A stretch of DNA of 64,000 nucleotides from a bacterium (GTDB lineage: Bacteria > Zhuqueibacterota > Zhuqueibacteria > Residuimicrobiales > Krinioviventaceae): the NCBI GenBank assembly GCA_963674595.2, contig CAXXFV010000019.1:14189-78188 (forward strand). The letters run 5' to 3'. Of the stretch, positions 29,055 through 39,729 are shown in pieces (position 1 is the first letter of the stretch; the number at the start of each line of letters is the position of its first letter). A program made the position numbers and the translations under genes. Under the pieces are notes generated by a model that was given only the letters and a program-made list of their open reading frames with translations, did not search any database and was not told the DNA's origin.

Positions 29055-30779
29055 GGGGCTGTATCAAAAGTTCTTTATAATAAGATAAAAAATAAGTATA
29101 ATTTTAAAAAAAGGAAAGTAATACGAGTAGAGAGCGGATGAAAAAGTTTAGAGAAGTCCATCAGAACCAAATAATGTTATTGCCACCGAGCCTGGATGAA
29201 TTTATAGACAAAAACCATCTGGTCCGGGTATTGGATTCTGTAATAGATCGAATTTCTTCAAAATCCATAGAAAATCGTTTTAGCGGAGGCGGCACACCGT
29301 CCTATCATCCGCGAATGATGCTCAAAGTTATTTTATATGCTTATATTTGTCATATTTATAGTTGTCGTAAAATCGCCAAAGCACTGCGTGAAGATTTACC
29401 CTTTATGTGGCTTTCCGGTATGAGCCGTCCTGATTTTAATACAGTAAATCGTTTTCGCAGTGAGTACTTTCGCAACACGATGGAAGATATTTTTAGCCAG
29501 GTATTGCTGTTTCTAGAAGCAGAAGGCTATATTGATTTAAAAAATTATTTTGTTGATGGCAGCAAATTTGAGGCAAACGCAGGTAAATACACCTATGTGT
29601 GGAGAAAAAACACCGAACGTTATAAAGCCGCTGTAAAGCAACGGGTCCAATCCCTATTTCACGAGATTGATGAGCTTAATGCTGAAGAGGACTTGAAATA
29701 TGGGGAAAGCGATCTACCGGAACGGGGAGAGCATTCGGACATCACGGCTGAGAACATTGAAAAGGTTGCAGAAGAAATCAACGAACGACTGGAAAAAGAA
29801 GGGAATAAGAAAAAGGCCCGCTCTTTAAAAAGCCGGGCCAACAAGCTGAAGAAGGAATCGGAAAAATTGGCCAAATATGAGGACCAGGAAAATAAACTTG
29901 CCGGCCGCAACTCTTATTCCAAAACAGACACCGACGCGACCTTTATGCGAATGAAAGATGAAACGCTTCGGCCTGCCTATAATGTGCAAATCAGTACCAA
30001 CCACCAATTTCTTGTCAATTATTCTGTTGGTCAAAATGCATCGGACTCAGCCAGCTTTCCAGCCCATCTTTTCAAGATCGTCAAGCGGAATGAAAAATTT
30101 ATTCCAGAGACCTATACCGGAGACTGTGGCTATGGCAATCATGAAAACTATTTACTTTTGTCTGAATATAAAATAGAAAACTTTTTGAAATATGGTTCGT
30201 TCCATCGAGAACAAAGCCGTAGTTTTCGTCAAAATATCTTTCATCGAGATAATATGAGATATGATAAGCAGCAGGATTGCTTCTATTGTCCGGCAGACAG
30301 AGCGCTCTGGTTCCGGGATATAAGGACCAGGAAAACAGCAACAGGGTTCCTCAATCAACAACGTGTTTATGAATGTGAAGATTGTGGCGGTTGTTCACAT
30401 GCCGAAAAATGTAAAAGAGGTGCTGGCCATCGAACAGTGCAGATAAATCGTGAATTGGAAAAATTCAAGGCAAAAGCCCGCGAGAATTTGAATTCTGAAA
30501 AAGGTATAAAACTCCGTAAAAAAAGAGGCAATGAAGTTGAAACCCCGTTTGCTGATTTCAAAAAAAACCAAAAATTCAGTAAATTTAGTTTAAGGGGAAT
30601 TGAAAAAGTAAACCATGAATTTGGGTTGCTATGCTTGGCATTTAATATCCGAAAATACTATAAAAAATCAGGAAATTAAAAAAATATAAAGCCCGATTCT
30701 CTTAAAGCAGGCTTTGTTTCTAAATAATACTAAAATTACTTTATTGAATTGCAGTTTTTTGGGCTTTTGATACAGCCCC
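29055..30779 (+). mobile_element. IS1182-family insertion sequence
   Basis: Perfect 16-bp terminal inverted repeats GGGGCTGTATCAAAAG at 29055-29070 and 30764-30779; no clear target duplication. Confidence 0.9.
29138..30679 (+). CDS. IS1182-family DDE transposase
   Basis: YHPRMMLK, SCRKIA, PDFNTVNRFR, VDGSKFEANA, SKTDTDATFMRMK, PAYNVQ, VETPFA. Confidence 0.95.
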   Translation: MKKFREVHQNQIMLLPPSLDEFIDKNHLVRVLDSVIDRISSKSIENRFSGGGTPSYHPRMMLKVILYAYICHIYSCRKIAKALREDLPFMWLSGMSRPDFNTVNRFRSEYFRNTMEDIFSQVLLFLEAEGYIDLKNYFVDGSKFEANAGKYTYVWRKNTERYKAAVKQRVQSLFHEIDELNAEEDLKYGESDLPERGEHSDITAENIEKVAEEINERLEKEGNKKKARSLKSRANKLKKESEKLAKYEDQENKLAGRNSYSKTDTDATFMRMKDETLRPAYNVQISTNHQFLVNYSVGQNASDSASFPAHLFKIVKRNEKFIPETYTGDCGYGNHENYLLLSEYKIENFLKYGSFHREQSRSFRQNIFHRDNMRYDKQQDCFYCPADRALWFRDIRTRKTATGFLNQQRVYECEDCGGCSHAEKCKRGAGHRTVQINRELEKFKAKARENLNSEKGIKLRKKRGNEVETPFADFKKNQKFSKFSLRGIEKVNHEFGLLCLAFNIRKYYKKSGN

Positions 30780-31677
30780 TTTGAAATACTTACATTTCAG
30801 GCTTTAGCTTTTGTAGAATTATAATAATATTGGTCGCACCGGGAATCCAGTGCACAATCAGACGGGATATTTACCAGGATTTAACCTAATTCCATATTTA
30901 TTTAAAACTCTAATAAAGGAATTTCCGTGAAAGTCAATTTAGACCTACAATTATAACTCCTCAATCTTTTCAATAATAATTTTATTTTCATTCCCTAACA
31001 CTCGATAAATATTACCAAACTGATCAAGTTCATAATTCTTTTCAAACATTTCATCAAGTTTACCTACATCGTTATAATACTTTAAATTAATTTTTTTAAT
31101 AATTTTATATTCTCCTTTAGTTTTTTTAATTACACCTATATATACTCGACCATTTTCAATAGGAATATTTCTATAATTATCCTTTACTAAAACAGCATAG
31201 TAATTATTTTTATTATCAAAACCAATATTCTCAACATTGTTAAAAGAAGATAAAAAATCAATCAATCCTTTATCAAATGTTATTTTGTAGGTTTTCAAGT
31301 ACCTACCATCTTTACAATGAAAACCATAATAACTTGAACTACCATACTGTCGCTGAACAGTTAAAACTGTATCCTCAAAAAAATACATCAACGGCATAGT
31401 AGTTAATGTATCATTTCCTGCTTTAGAAATTTTATAAAGAAAATTTCCGTCAAAATCAAATTTTTTAATTTCATTATTATCAGAAACGTAAATATTATCA
31501 TATTTATCTAATATTAGATCATTAATACATGAAAATTCATTATTTCCATGTCCTTTTCCGCCAAAGACTTTCACCAAGTCACCGGATTGGTTAAATCTTT
31601 GTATTCTATAATTATGTGTATTGTAATACTTATCTTTGAACTTGAGAAAAGGGCCAAAAATATTAAATTAGTCTATT

Positions 31678-32001
31678 ATGAAAAATGGAGGCCCAATGAG
31701 CAAACGAAGACGCTTTACTGCTGAAGAAAAAGTCCAAATTTTAAGAGAACATTTAGAAAATAAGATCAGCATATCCGAAATAGCTAAACAATATAATATT
31801 CATCCTGTAGTTATACACAGATGGAAAAAAGAGCTCTTTGAAAATGCGCTTGACGGTTTTTCCGGCAAACATAAAAAGCGTAAAGGAAAATCTGTCAAAG
31901 AAGAACGTCTTGAAACCAAAGTCAGCAAAATGCAGGAAGTCATCACCGAACTCTCCACAGAGGTCGTTGATTTGCGAAAAAAGTATTTTGGGGCAACCTG
32001 A
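31678..32001 (+). CDS. IS3 transposase OrfA (HTH)
   Basis: KRRRFTAEEKVQILREHL...IAKQYNIHP...WKK; A-AAA-AAG slippery heptamer at 31977-31983. Confidence 0.9.
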   Translation: MKNGGPMSKRRRFTAEEKVQILREHLENKISISEIAKQYNIHPVVIHRWKKELFENALDGFSGKHKKRKGKSVKEERLETKVSKMQEVITELSTEVVDLRKKYFGAT

Positions 32002-32966
32002 AAAAGACATGGGTTGCTCCTGATGTTAGAGATGATGTTTTGTCTTCTCTGCAAACGTTAACGGCAAAGACCGGTGTTCCTTTGAGTTTATTACTCAAGA
32101 CCATTGGTTTGTCCTGGACCCGGTACTATGACTGGCAAAAACGTTTTGGTCAACCAAATCAACATAACAGCGACACACCTCGCAGCTTTTGGCTGGAACC
32201 GTGGGAGTGTCAACGTATCATAAAATACAAAAAGGAACATATGCAGATCGGCTATAAACGACTGACCTATATGATGCTTGATGAAAATGTTGTTGCTGTG
32301 AGCCCGTCAACGACCTATCGTATTCTGCGGAACGCCGGACTCACAAGTCAATGGAATAACAGTACGTTACAATCAAATAAGAAAGGCTTTATTCAACCCA
32401 AAAGACCGCATCAGCATTGGCATATAGATATTTCCTATATTGCCTTTCATGGTTCGCATCTCTTTTTGATTTCTGTACTGGACGGATTTTCAAGATTTAT
32501 CGTTCACCATGAATTAAGAACTCATATGCAGGAATATGATGTCGAGATTGTACTGCAAAGAGCTTTGGAAAAATATCCAAATGAAAAACCTCGAATTATT
32601 TCCGATAATGGTTCACAGTTTATTGCCAATGACTTTAAATCTTTTTTAAGGTTAAATAATTTGACGCACGTTCGAACTTCGATTAATCATCCACAGTCGA
32701 ATGGTAAAATTGAAGCTTTTCATAAAATCATTAAAAATGAATGCACCCGAATTCAAAGTATGATTAATCTGGAGGATGCCAGAAATAAAGTCGTACTTTA
32801 TATCCATCAATACAACTATAACCGGTTACACAGTGCTATTGGATTTATTACACCATTTGACAAATTATCAGGAAAAGCTGATAGTATTTTCAAAGAACGT
32901 GATATGAAACTTGAACAAGCCCGCCAAAGAAGGCAGGAAAACAATAAAATTATAAAGGCAGCTTAA
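31983..32966 (+). CDS. IS3 transposase OrfB (integrase core), reached by -1 frameshift
   Basis: WHIDISY, SDNGSQF, PQSNGKIE, YNYNRLHSAIG; frame is open from the slippery site at -1 relative to OrfA. Confidence 0.9.
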   Translation, partial: VFWGNLKKTWVAPDVRDDVLSSLQTLTAKTGVPLSLLLKTIGLSWTRYYDWQKRFGQPNQHNSDTPRSFWLEPWECQRIIKYKKEHMQIGYKRLTYMMLDENVVAVSPSTTYRILRNAGLTSQWNNSTLQSNKKGFIQPKRPHQHWHIDISYIAFHGSHLFLISVLDGFSRFIVHHELRTHMQEYDVEIVLQRALEKYPNEKPRIISDNGSQFIANDFKSFLRLNNLTHVRTSINHPQSNGKIEAFHKIIKNECTRIQSMINLEDARNKVVLYIHQYNYNRLHSAIGFITPFDKLSGKADSIFKERDMKLEQARQRRQENNKIIKAA

Positions 32967-33453
32967 AACTAACTTATTTCAAATATGCCTTTTCTCAAGT
33001 TTACCTTGAACCTTTACAGTATCTGCAATAATAATATCACCATTACTCGCAATATCAAATCCAGTTATAGAAAAAGGCATGCTTGCAGTGCCTGGTTTTA
33101 TTCCTACTTGTCCCTCTTTAACACCTCTTTCACAAATTAAAACCACTTTAGATATCGGACATTCGTACTCAATTTCTGAATGATTACAATAAATACAATA
33201 TAGAAAAATGGTTAAAAATAGTATTAAAAATATTCCTTCTTTGTTTAAAATATTTTTATGCATACTCGTTCCCTTATTTAATTCATGAAAAATTTGATCA
33301 TTTAAGGATGTGTACCATTGAATCGATCAACAAATGGTCCAAGTTCAATGACATCAACCATTCAGGTCTAAAACTCATCTCTTTATTTTTGTCCTCACTC
33401 CGATCTAAAGGCCGGAATTGCCCATTCTTACCCGTACCGAAAACAATTTATTA

Positions 33454-34110
33454 TTAATCACTAACCATAATTCTAGCATAGAGACCGCTGATTTCTATAA
33501 ATTGTAAATATTGCAATAAATCAAATGCATTTAAATTATCTAAATAACCGACATACTCGTTAAAATTTAATATCTCTGAAAATTTTCCATCGACAATTTC
33601 CTTATCATTAGAATAAGCGATATATATTTCAATGGGAACTTCAATATAAGATTTTTTCGTACGTTTTTGATTGGCTTCAACTTTTTTTCTATTTAAATTT
33701 TGTATAATAATCGAAACAGGAAATTTAAAAAAGTCTGAATATATTTTATTTGGTTCTAATACTCTATATTTATGAAAATAATTAAATTCATAAATAACTA
33801 AAAGTCCACCAAGATCCATTTGTAAAATAGTAAAGCTTTGATTAAACTCTAATGGATTTTCCGGGGGTAATCCTTTTATCTTTGTATCAAAAATTGCAAT
33901 TTTAGAAATTGTACTATTCGATACACTATATTTAATTTCCAAAGAATCATTATTTCTGTATATTTTAGGATTTACCACTTCAATTGTGAATTCTAAATCA
34001 TCTCTTAATAGTTCAATTTTTTGTGATTGGGCTTTAGTAGTGTTTTTCATTAATAGACATAGAATCGAAATCAATATTAAATTTTTAATGCTATTCATTA
34101 ACGACTCCAA
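33454..34110 (-). CDS. Hypothetical low-GC exported protein
   Basis: 218-aa ORF with signal-like N-terminus; no family recognised. Confidence 0.55.
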   Translation of the reverse strand: MESLMNSIKNLILISILCLLMKNTTKAQSQKIELLRDDLEFTIEVVNPKIYRNNDSLEIKYSVSNSTISKIAIFDTKIKGLPPENPLEFNQSFTILQMDLGGLLVIYEFNYFHKYRVLEPNKIYSDFFKFPVSIIIQNLNRKKVEANQKRTKKSYIEVPIEIYIAYSNDKEIVDGKFSEILNFNEYVGYLDNLNAFDLLQYLQFIEISGLYARIMVSD

Positions 34111-34154
34111 TTAAATTTAATAATAATCGATTAAAGTGGAAAAGTTGGTAGTCA

Positions 34155-34210
34155 GCTCCGCTCTTTAGAGCGGGGATCAGCCCGCCACACTCATCCGGGC
34201 CTTATCCCTT
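34155..34210. repeat. REP-like palindrome
   Basis: GCTCCGCTCTTTAGAGCGGGG hairpin followed by GCCCG...CGGGC. Confidence 0.5.
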
Positions 34211-34405
34211 GAAAAATTTTAATAATTTTGTCAATATTTCTTATAAAGCCAAAAACAAGATACCGCCGACATGACATTTTCGGATCCTGTCATTAAATTT
34301 ATTTTACAACTCCCTTTCCCTGTCATTATGGAAGAATCCTACTGAGACGAAAAACGGATTAACTGACAACAAAATGCATCTGGTGTGATCTTTTGTTTCC
34401 AGTTA

Positions 34406-35923
34406 TTATAAATTCTCATATTTTTTCTTAAACTGAATAATACCTGATGAGATAGCCCTGGCAACAGATTTATAAAAAGACCTGCTTTTTAATTTGTTTG
34501 CATCACGCCAATTTGTAATGAATGCTGTCTCCACAAGCACATTCGGCATGGATGCGCCGTAAAGCACATAAAATCCAGCCTGACGAACGCCATGACTCTT
34601 TGAATTGCAACGCTCCTTTAGCTCTTTATCTAAAATGGCAGCAAAATCCTGGCTTTCGAGGTTGTATGAATTTTGTGCGTTTGCAGCAAGAATAAACGCG
34701 GCTTCCGACATACCGGCATATTCATTTTGTGAATCTTCATACTTGATTACAGAGTTTTCATATTGTGCAGCTTTTCGTGCAGCTTCTGTCTTTGCAGGTC
34801 CGAGAAAATAGACCGTATGGCCGCTTACACTTTTTACCGGATTAGAATCGACATGAATACTAATAAACAGTTTGCCACCTTGTTCATTGGCATATTTTGT
34901 ACGTTTTTTCACCGGCACATGCTTGTCATGGTCTCTGGTTAATAAAACATTTACATCCGAATATTTTTCCAGCTCATTTTTCAATTCCAAAGCTATAGCA
35001 AGCGTAATATTTTTTTCATACAATTTGGCTCTTCCAACAGCACCCGGATCGCGGCCGCCATGCCCGGGATCTATGACAATGGTATCAATCTTCCACTTTT
35101 CCCGTTCTTTTTCCAGTTCGGTCAACAAATCATCTGAAATTTGTTCATTAGTTTTTATTGAGACCAGCACGTCCCCGCTGCTCTTGTCAATAATTACCGA
35201 TTTTTCCAAAATAGTACTAAATAAATGAAACGAAATCCGGCACGTTTCTGCGGACAGTTGAATGGGTATAACGGTACGTACCTTTTTTCCGTTATTTTCT
35301 ACAGGAAAAGGTCTCAGCGTGTCAACTCTGCCGCCATAAAAATCTACATAGAACCAGTTATTACTTTCACTTGTAAAAATATTTGAAGTGAGAAAATTCT
35401 CATTTGTTTTTATTCGAAAAAGAATCCCGTTTGCCTTTTCCGCAATGATAACGCCCCGAACATTGGCTTCACTTCCGGAAACCATCAACTCGCTGTTGTT
35501 AATGTCATATTCAAATTTATAAGGAAAAACCGGCTGAATAATTTCAAGGAAAAAGACTATTGGCAGGAAAAAATCACCGTGATGATACAAAACATGGGTC
35601 GGCATTTGTTTAATTTTGTTGCCGATGCTGATAAACGGGTTAATAGCGGTAATGGTAATCGGTCCGTTAGGCACATCAATAATCAACTGCTTTAACTGTT
35701 CATTTTTACTGTAACCAAGGTCAAAAATTTGACAAAACTGTTCAGCAGAGACAAAATCATATCGGCCGACTTTAACAGTTGTCAATTTTCCAATAGAATT
35801 GCCGTTTAAACGATGCACCACATTAATCGTATCTGCATGAGCAAAATAGCTTTCAGAAAATACGAAAAACGCAATAATAAAAAAAATTGCTGAATTTTTT
35901 CTAGTTATTTTTTTGATAAATAT
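34406..35923 (-). CDS. N-acetylmuramoyl-L-alanine amidase (Amidase_3); start uncertain
   Basis: IDPGHGGRDPGAVG, EKNITL, FISIH, MPNVLVETAFI; frame open to 35923 encoding a signal peptide ending AHA. Confidence 0.88.
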   Translation of the reverse strand: MFIKKITRKNSAIFFIIAFFVFSESYFAHADTINVVHRLNGNSIGKLTTVKVGRYDFVSAEQFCQIFDLGYSKNEQLKQLIIDVPNGPITITAINPFISIGNKIKQMPTHVLYHHGDFFLPIVFFLEIIQPVFPYKFEYDINNSELMVSGSEANVRGVIIAEKANGILFRIKTNENFLTSNIFTSESNNWFYVDFYGGRVDTLRPFPVENNGKKVRTVIPIQLSAETCRISFHLFSTILEKSVIIDKSSGDVLVSIKTNEQISDDLLTELEKEREKWKIDTIVIDPGHGGRDPGAVGRAKLYEKNITLAIALELKNELEKYSDVNVLLTRDHDKHVPVKKRTKYANEQGGKLFISIHVDSNPVKSVSGHTVYFLGPAKTEAARKAAQYENSVIKYEDSQNEYAGMSEAAFILAANAQNSYNLESQDFAAILDKELKERCNSKSHGVRQAGFYVLYGASMPNVLVETAFITNWRDANKLKSRSFYKSVARAISSGIIQFKKKYENL

Positions 35924-36744
35924 TCACTCGCTCTTTTCAAATATTCTTTTTCCGCATCAGAAATTCCATCATAACCAACTTCGTTAATACGGTCCAAAAT
36001 TCGATCGACTTCCCGTTGTTTTTCACGAATTTCTTCTTCCCGTCTTTTGGTACGCATTATTGACCGCTGCTGTTGTTTCAGGCTGATTTTTCGGGCAAAA
36101 CGTGATATAACAAAATTCCCCTTTAACAAAACAAACCCGACAAGGGCCCCGCCTAAATGGGCCAAGTGTGCAACATGATCCGAAACTCCAAAAATCTGTC
36201 CTTGAATACCGGAAAAAATAGAAATTCCAACAAAAATCCCCACCAGATATTTTGCTTTTAAACTGACAGGAAAAACAAAAAATAACAAAAGAGTAACAAC
36301 TCTATCAGGGAAAAGAACGGCAAAAGCAACAAGCACCCCGTAAATTGCACCGGATGCGCCAATAACCGGTATCGGAGAGCCCCAGCTAAATAACAAGTGA
36401 AATAATCCGGCGCCGATGCCGGTCAGCATATAATATTCAAAAAACTTTTTTGATCCGAGTGAACGTTCCACCTCACAGCCAAACATCCAAAGGGTAAACA
36501 TATTAAATAAAATATGAAAAAAACTTTTAACGCTGTGCAGGAACAGATAGGTCCCAAGCTGCCAGATGCCGAAATTATGAATGATAAAATCAGGACGCAA
36601 GGCAAAAATGCGCGTTATCGGATCACCAAACCGTACCGTTAACAATTGTAAAAAATAAATTGCCACATTGGCTACAATTAAATTCCGAACAACAGGCGTT
36701 AAACCTCCCCCAAAACCGAATTGTAATCTTTTTTCGTAATACAT
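35905..36744 (-). CDS. Rhomboid family intramembrane serine protease
   Basis: HILFNM, GASG, AHLAHLGG; C-terminal VDRILDRI...G tail. Confidence 0.92.
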   Translation of the reverse strand: MYYEKRLQFGFGGGLTPVVRNLIVANVAIYFLQLLTVRFGDPITRIFALRPDFIIHNFGIWQLGTYLFLHSVKSFFHILFNMFTLWMFGCEVERSLGSKKFFEYYMLTGIGAGLFHLLFSWGSPIPVIGASGAIYGVLVAFAVLFPDRVVTLLLFFVFPVSLKAKYLVGIFVGISIFSGIQGQIFGVSDHVAHLAHLGGALVGFVLLKGNFVISRFARKISLKQQQRSIMRTKRREEEIREKQREVDRILDRINEVGYDGISDAEKEYLKRASEYLSKK

Positions 36745-36750
36745 TTAATT

Positions 36751-37392
36751 TTAACGTATATCCAAAATAACACCCAATCGAAAGCCCAATCCCGAAAGAT
36801 CGATACGCTCACTTACAGGCAATCCTTTTGTGCTTTTTTCCAAATCTCTGGTTACTTCGCAACTATTATAAAATACTTCTGTTGTTAATGTCGATCGGGA
36901 ACCGACATGATAAAAAATACCACCGGCAGCCTGCCAGCCAAGTCCTTTATAAGTGCGGGATTCGCTGGTCTCAAGGTCGTAATTTTTTTCTTTACTAAAT
37001 AAAAATTGATAGCTTAAACTTCCGTTAATATAATATCCGAAATATCGACCAGCCGGTATTTTAACATTCAAGGCAATTTTTAAAGGCAATATTGTACGTG
37101 TATAATCTACCAGCTTTTCTTCGGTTTGAATCGTTGTGCCGGCTGCTTCTTCAGTTGCTACCGGTGTTTGATCAGAATAGGTTTTATGCATAAAATCCAC
37201 ACCAAAAGCAACATCAACAGCGTCGTCAATTTCTTTGCCAAGCATAACACCTATCAACATTCCACCCTTTGAATCGTTCGGGTTCAGGTATCCTGCATTG
37301 ACATGTAAAACACTTCCAGCCTGTGCGTGAACAATATGTGTAAAAGCAAACATACTGAAAACAATTGCCAGCATGACGCTCATTCTTTTCAT
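36751..37392 (-). CDS. Outer-membrane beta-barrel protein
   Basis: GGAGG SD, signal peptide ending VHA, alternating amphipathic strands. Confidence 0.7.
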   Translation of the reverse strand: MKRMSVMLAIVFSMFAFTHIVHAQAGSVLHVNAGYLNPNDSKGGMLIGVMLGKEIDDAVDVAFGVDFMHKTYSDQTPVATEEAAGTTIQTEEKLVDYTRTILPLKIALNVKIPAGRYFGYYINGSLSYQFLFSKEKNYDLETSESRTYKGLGWQAAGGIFYHVGSRSTLTTEVFYNSCEVTRDLEKSTKGLPVSERIDLSGLGFRLGVILDIR

Positions 37393-37566
37393 CTCAACCT
37401 CCACATTATAATGAAGACCATTTATAAAAATTTCAATATATTAGAAAAAGCTGTTTAAAAAATCAAGTGAAAAATATTGTCAATTTTTGTGTTGACACAA
37501 AAATTCCCGGGATATGATTTTTAATCAATGGAGACAATTTCTTCAGGATTTTAAAAAATGAAACGA

Positions 37567-39183
37567 TTATACTTGAAATTCGGTCTGTCGTACTATAGTA
37601 TCTTTATGGTAAAGCTCTTCATCTCTTTTCGGGTAATCTGTTGTATAATGAAGCCCTCTGCTTTCTTTTCTGAGTGATGCCGAATGAATGATCAACATCG
37701 CTACGGTTACCAAATTTCGCAGTTCTACAAGGCCTTCGGTCATTTTTGTTCGCCGGTAGAAACTTTCAACCTCATGACGAATGACCCGAATACGGCTGAG
37801 TGCACGTTCCAATCTTAAATTTGAGCGGACAATTCCCACATAATCCCACATTAAATTCTTAATTTCCATTTTATCGTGCGAAATCAGGACCCATTCTTCA
37901 CTGTTAAAGGTCCCGCTGTCGTCCCACGGCGGTACCGGAGGTAACGACAAATCCCGATCCTTAACAAATGTCGATGCGGCCTGAGCAGCAAAATCAGAAA
38001 AAACCAGTGCTTCCAATAATGAATTAGATGCCAGACGGTTGGCGCCATGTACGCCGGTACATGTTACTTCACCGGAAGCAAACAATCCGGTAATACTCGT
38101 TTGACCGGAAAAATCCGTTACAACACCGCCGCACATATAATGTGCAGCCGGCACAACCGGAATAGGTTCTTTTGTTATATCAATTTTAAAACCGGCACAT
38201 TTTTCATATATTTTTGGAAAATGATTTTTAATATCAGATGAATTTTTATGTGTAATATCCAAATAAACACACGGTTCGCCACGTTTTTTCAATTCAGCAT
38301 CAATAGCACGGGCAACTATATCACGAGGCGCGAGTGAGGCCATTTCGTGATATTTTTCCATAAAATGTTCACCATCTTTAGTAATTAAAACACCGCCAAA
38401 ACCTCTGACAGCTTCAGAAATTAAAAAAGACTGGGCCTCCGGATGGTAAAGCGTTGTCGGATGAAACTGCATAAATTCCATATTTGCTATCGGGGCACCT
38501 GCCCGGTAACACATGGCAACACCGTCGCCGGTTGCAATATCCGGATTGGTTGTATGCAGGTATACCTGTCCGCAGCCACCGGAAGCTAAAATTGTCGCTT
38601 TTGCTAAAAAACGCTCAACTTTTTTTGTTTTAGCATTCAGAACATAAGCGCCCCAACAATGTAATTGTGAATTTACATTCGGAAACGGGGTAAACACATG
38701 ATGTTCTGTTATTAAATCGATACTTGTATGATCTTCAAATATTGAAATATTGGGTTCGTTTTTAATGGCTTCTACAAGTGCTTTTTCAACATCCTGGCCG
38801 GTATGGTCTTTAACATGAACAATACGATGATAACGGTGTCCGCCTTCACGTCCCAGGTCAAACACTCCGTCATTCTTTAATGTAAACGGCACGCCGATGT
38901 CACCAAGTTCCTTAATGAGCCTTGGACCGTTTTCAACGATAAGCCGAACAGCGTCTTCGTTACACAATCCGGCGCCGGCATTCAAAGTATCATCAATATG
39001 GTTTTTAAAAGAATCCGAGGGATCAAATACAGACGCAATACCGCCCTGAGCATAATTGGTATTTGACTCTGCTTTTGTCTTTTTAGTAACAACAGCAACA
39101 GTTCCGTGACGGGCCAATTTTAACGCACAGGAAAGCCCGGCTATCCCACTTCCAATGACCAAAAAATCACTATTATAGCTCAT
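37567..39183 (-). CDS. nadB: L-aspartate oxidase
   Basis: [55 protein letters not shown]. Confidence 0.95.
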   Translation of the reverse strand: MSYNSDFLVIGSGIAGLSCALKLARHGTVAVVTKKTKAESNTNYAQGGIASVFDPSDSFKNHIDDTLNAGAGLCNEDAVRLIVENGPRLIKELGDIGVPFTLKNDGVFDLGREGGHRYHRIVHVKDHTGQDVEKALVEAIKNEPNISIFEDHTSIDLITEHHVFTPFPNVNSQLHCWGAYVLNAKTKKVERFLAKATILASGGCGQVYLHTTNPDIATGDGVAMCYRAGAPIANMEFMQFHPTTLYHPEAQSFLISEAVRGFGGVLITKDGEHFMEKYHEMASLAPRDIVARAIDAELKKRGEPCVYLDITHKNSSDIKNHFPKIYEKCAGFKIDITKEPIPVVPAAHYMCGGVVTDFSGQTSITGLFASGEVTCTGVHGANRLASNSLLEALVFSDFAAQAASTFVKDRDLSLPPVPPWDDSGTFNSEEWVLISHDKMEIKNLMWDYVGIVRSNLRLERALSRIRVIRHEVESFYRRTKMTEGLVELRNLVTVAMLIIHSASLRKESRGLHYTTDYPKRDEELYHKDTIVRQTEFQV

Positions 39184-39236
39184 AATATTTTTAATTCTAG
39201 TTTGTATTAAAATTCAGAATTGTTACGACTGAATAT

Positions 39237-39265
39237 AAAAAAAGGTGATGCCGTAACATCACCCT
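39237..39265 (-). terminator. Terminator after the receiver-like gene
   Basis: Minus strand GGTGATG-ttacgg-CATCACC followed by T-run. Confidence 0.65.
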
Positions 39266-39271
39266 CATAAC

Positions 39272-39634
39272 TTAGGCTATATTTTCCAGGGCAGCTAATA
39301 GCTCTCTGTTTTTTATCGGCCTGGTAATAACTCTATTTATACCATGATGTGCGGCTTTTTTCTGAAGAACCTGGGTTTTTCGATCACAAATACCCACCAC
39401 TTTAATTTTAGGATGTTTGGCCTGAATTCGCAATGCAATTTCAAATGCTTTTTCATTTGCCTTTGGAATGCTCTTATCATCCAAACCTAAAAATGTCAAA
39501 TCCGTTGATTCCTGTTCCAAAAGTTGCATCAAATCATCCACATCCTGGGCAACTTCAACATTGTGCCGGTTACTAAGCGTGAGATACATTTGCATCTCTG
39601 ACCGAAGTTCATCATTAAAAATTACTATTTTCAT
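39272..39634 (-). CDS. Stand-alone atypical receiver-domain protein
   Basis: CheY-like pattern but DLTFLGL at the phosphoacceptor strand and TRP in place of xKP. Confidence 0.65.
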   Translation of the reverse strand: MKIVIFNDELRSEMQMYLTLSNRHNVEVAQDVDDLMQLLEQESTDLTFLGLDDKSIPKANEKAFEIALRIQAKHPKIKVVGICDRKTQVLQKKAAHHGINRVITRPIKNRELLAALENIA

Positions 39635-39729
39635 TCACAACCGCATCAATTATTTATTATGTGTTAATTTTATTTAGAAATAGTAACAATAAAATTAAAA
39701 TGCGGAAGTAAATTTTCTAAATTTTAAGC

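Larger units (their letters stand above)
31622..33018 (+). mobile_element. IS3-family insertion sequence
   Basis: TG...CA ends, imperfect 31-bp IRs (TGTAA-N12-AACTTGAGAAAAGG), GTAT duplication at 31618-31621 and 33019-33022. Confidence 0.92.
30951..33263 (-). pseudogene. NHL-repeat beta-propeller exported protein interrupted by an IS3-family element
   Basis: Removing 31622-33018 and one GTAT copy restores IIIADTHNYRIQRFNQSGDLVKVFGGKG in frame (912 nt, 303 aa). Confidence 0.88.

Noticed and set aside
29040-30800. Target-site duplication for the IS1182 element
   Set aside because: Immediate flanks do not match; the similar ACCGGGAATCCA motif on the right lies about 60 nt away and differs internally.
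32979-33263. Independent 94-aa gene (and the 208-aa ORF at 30951-31577)
   Set aside because: These are the two halves of one IS-interrupted gene; the 94-aa C-terminus is read from the IS end.
33280-33385. Possible gene remnant upstream of the NHL gene (MVDVIELGPFVDRFNGTHP)
   Set aside because: Too short, with no recognisable family or supporting signal.
28980-34210. Integron cassette array
   Set aside because: No RYYYAAC...GTTRRRY attC structure seen after the genes and no tyrosine integrase.
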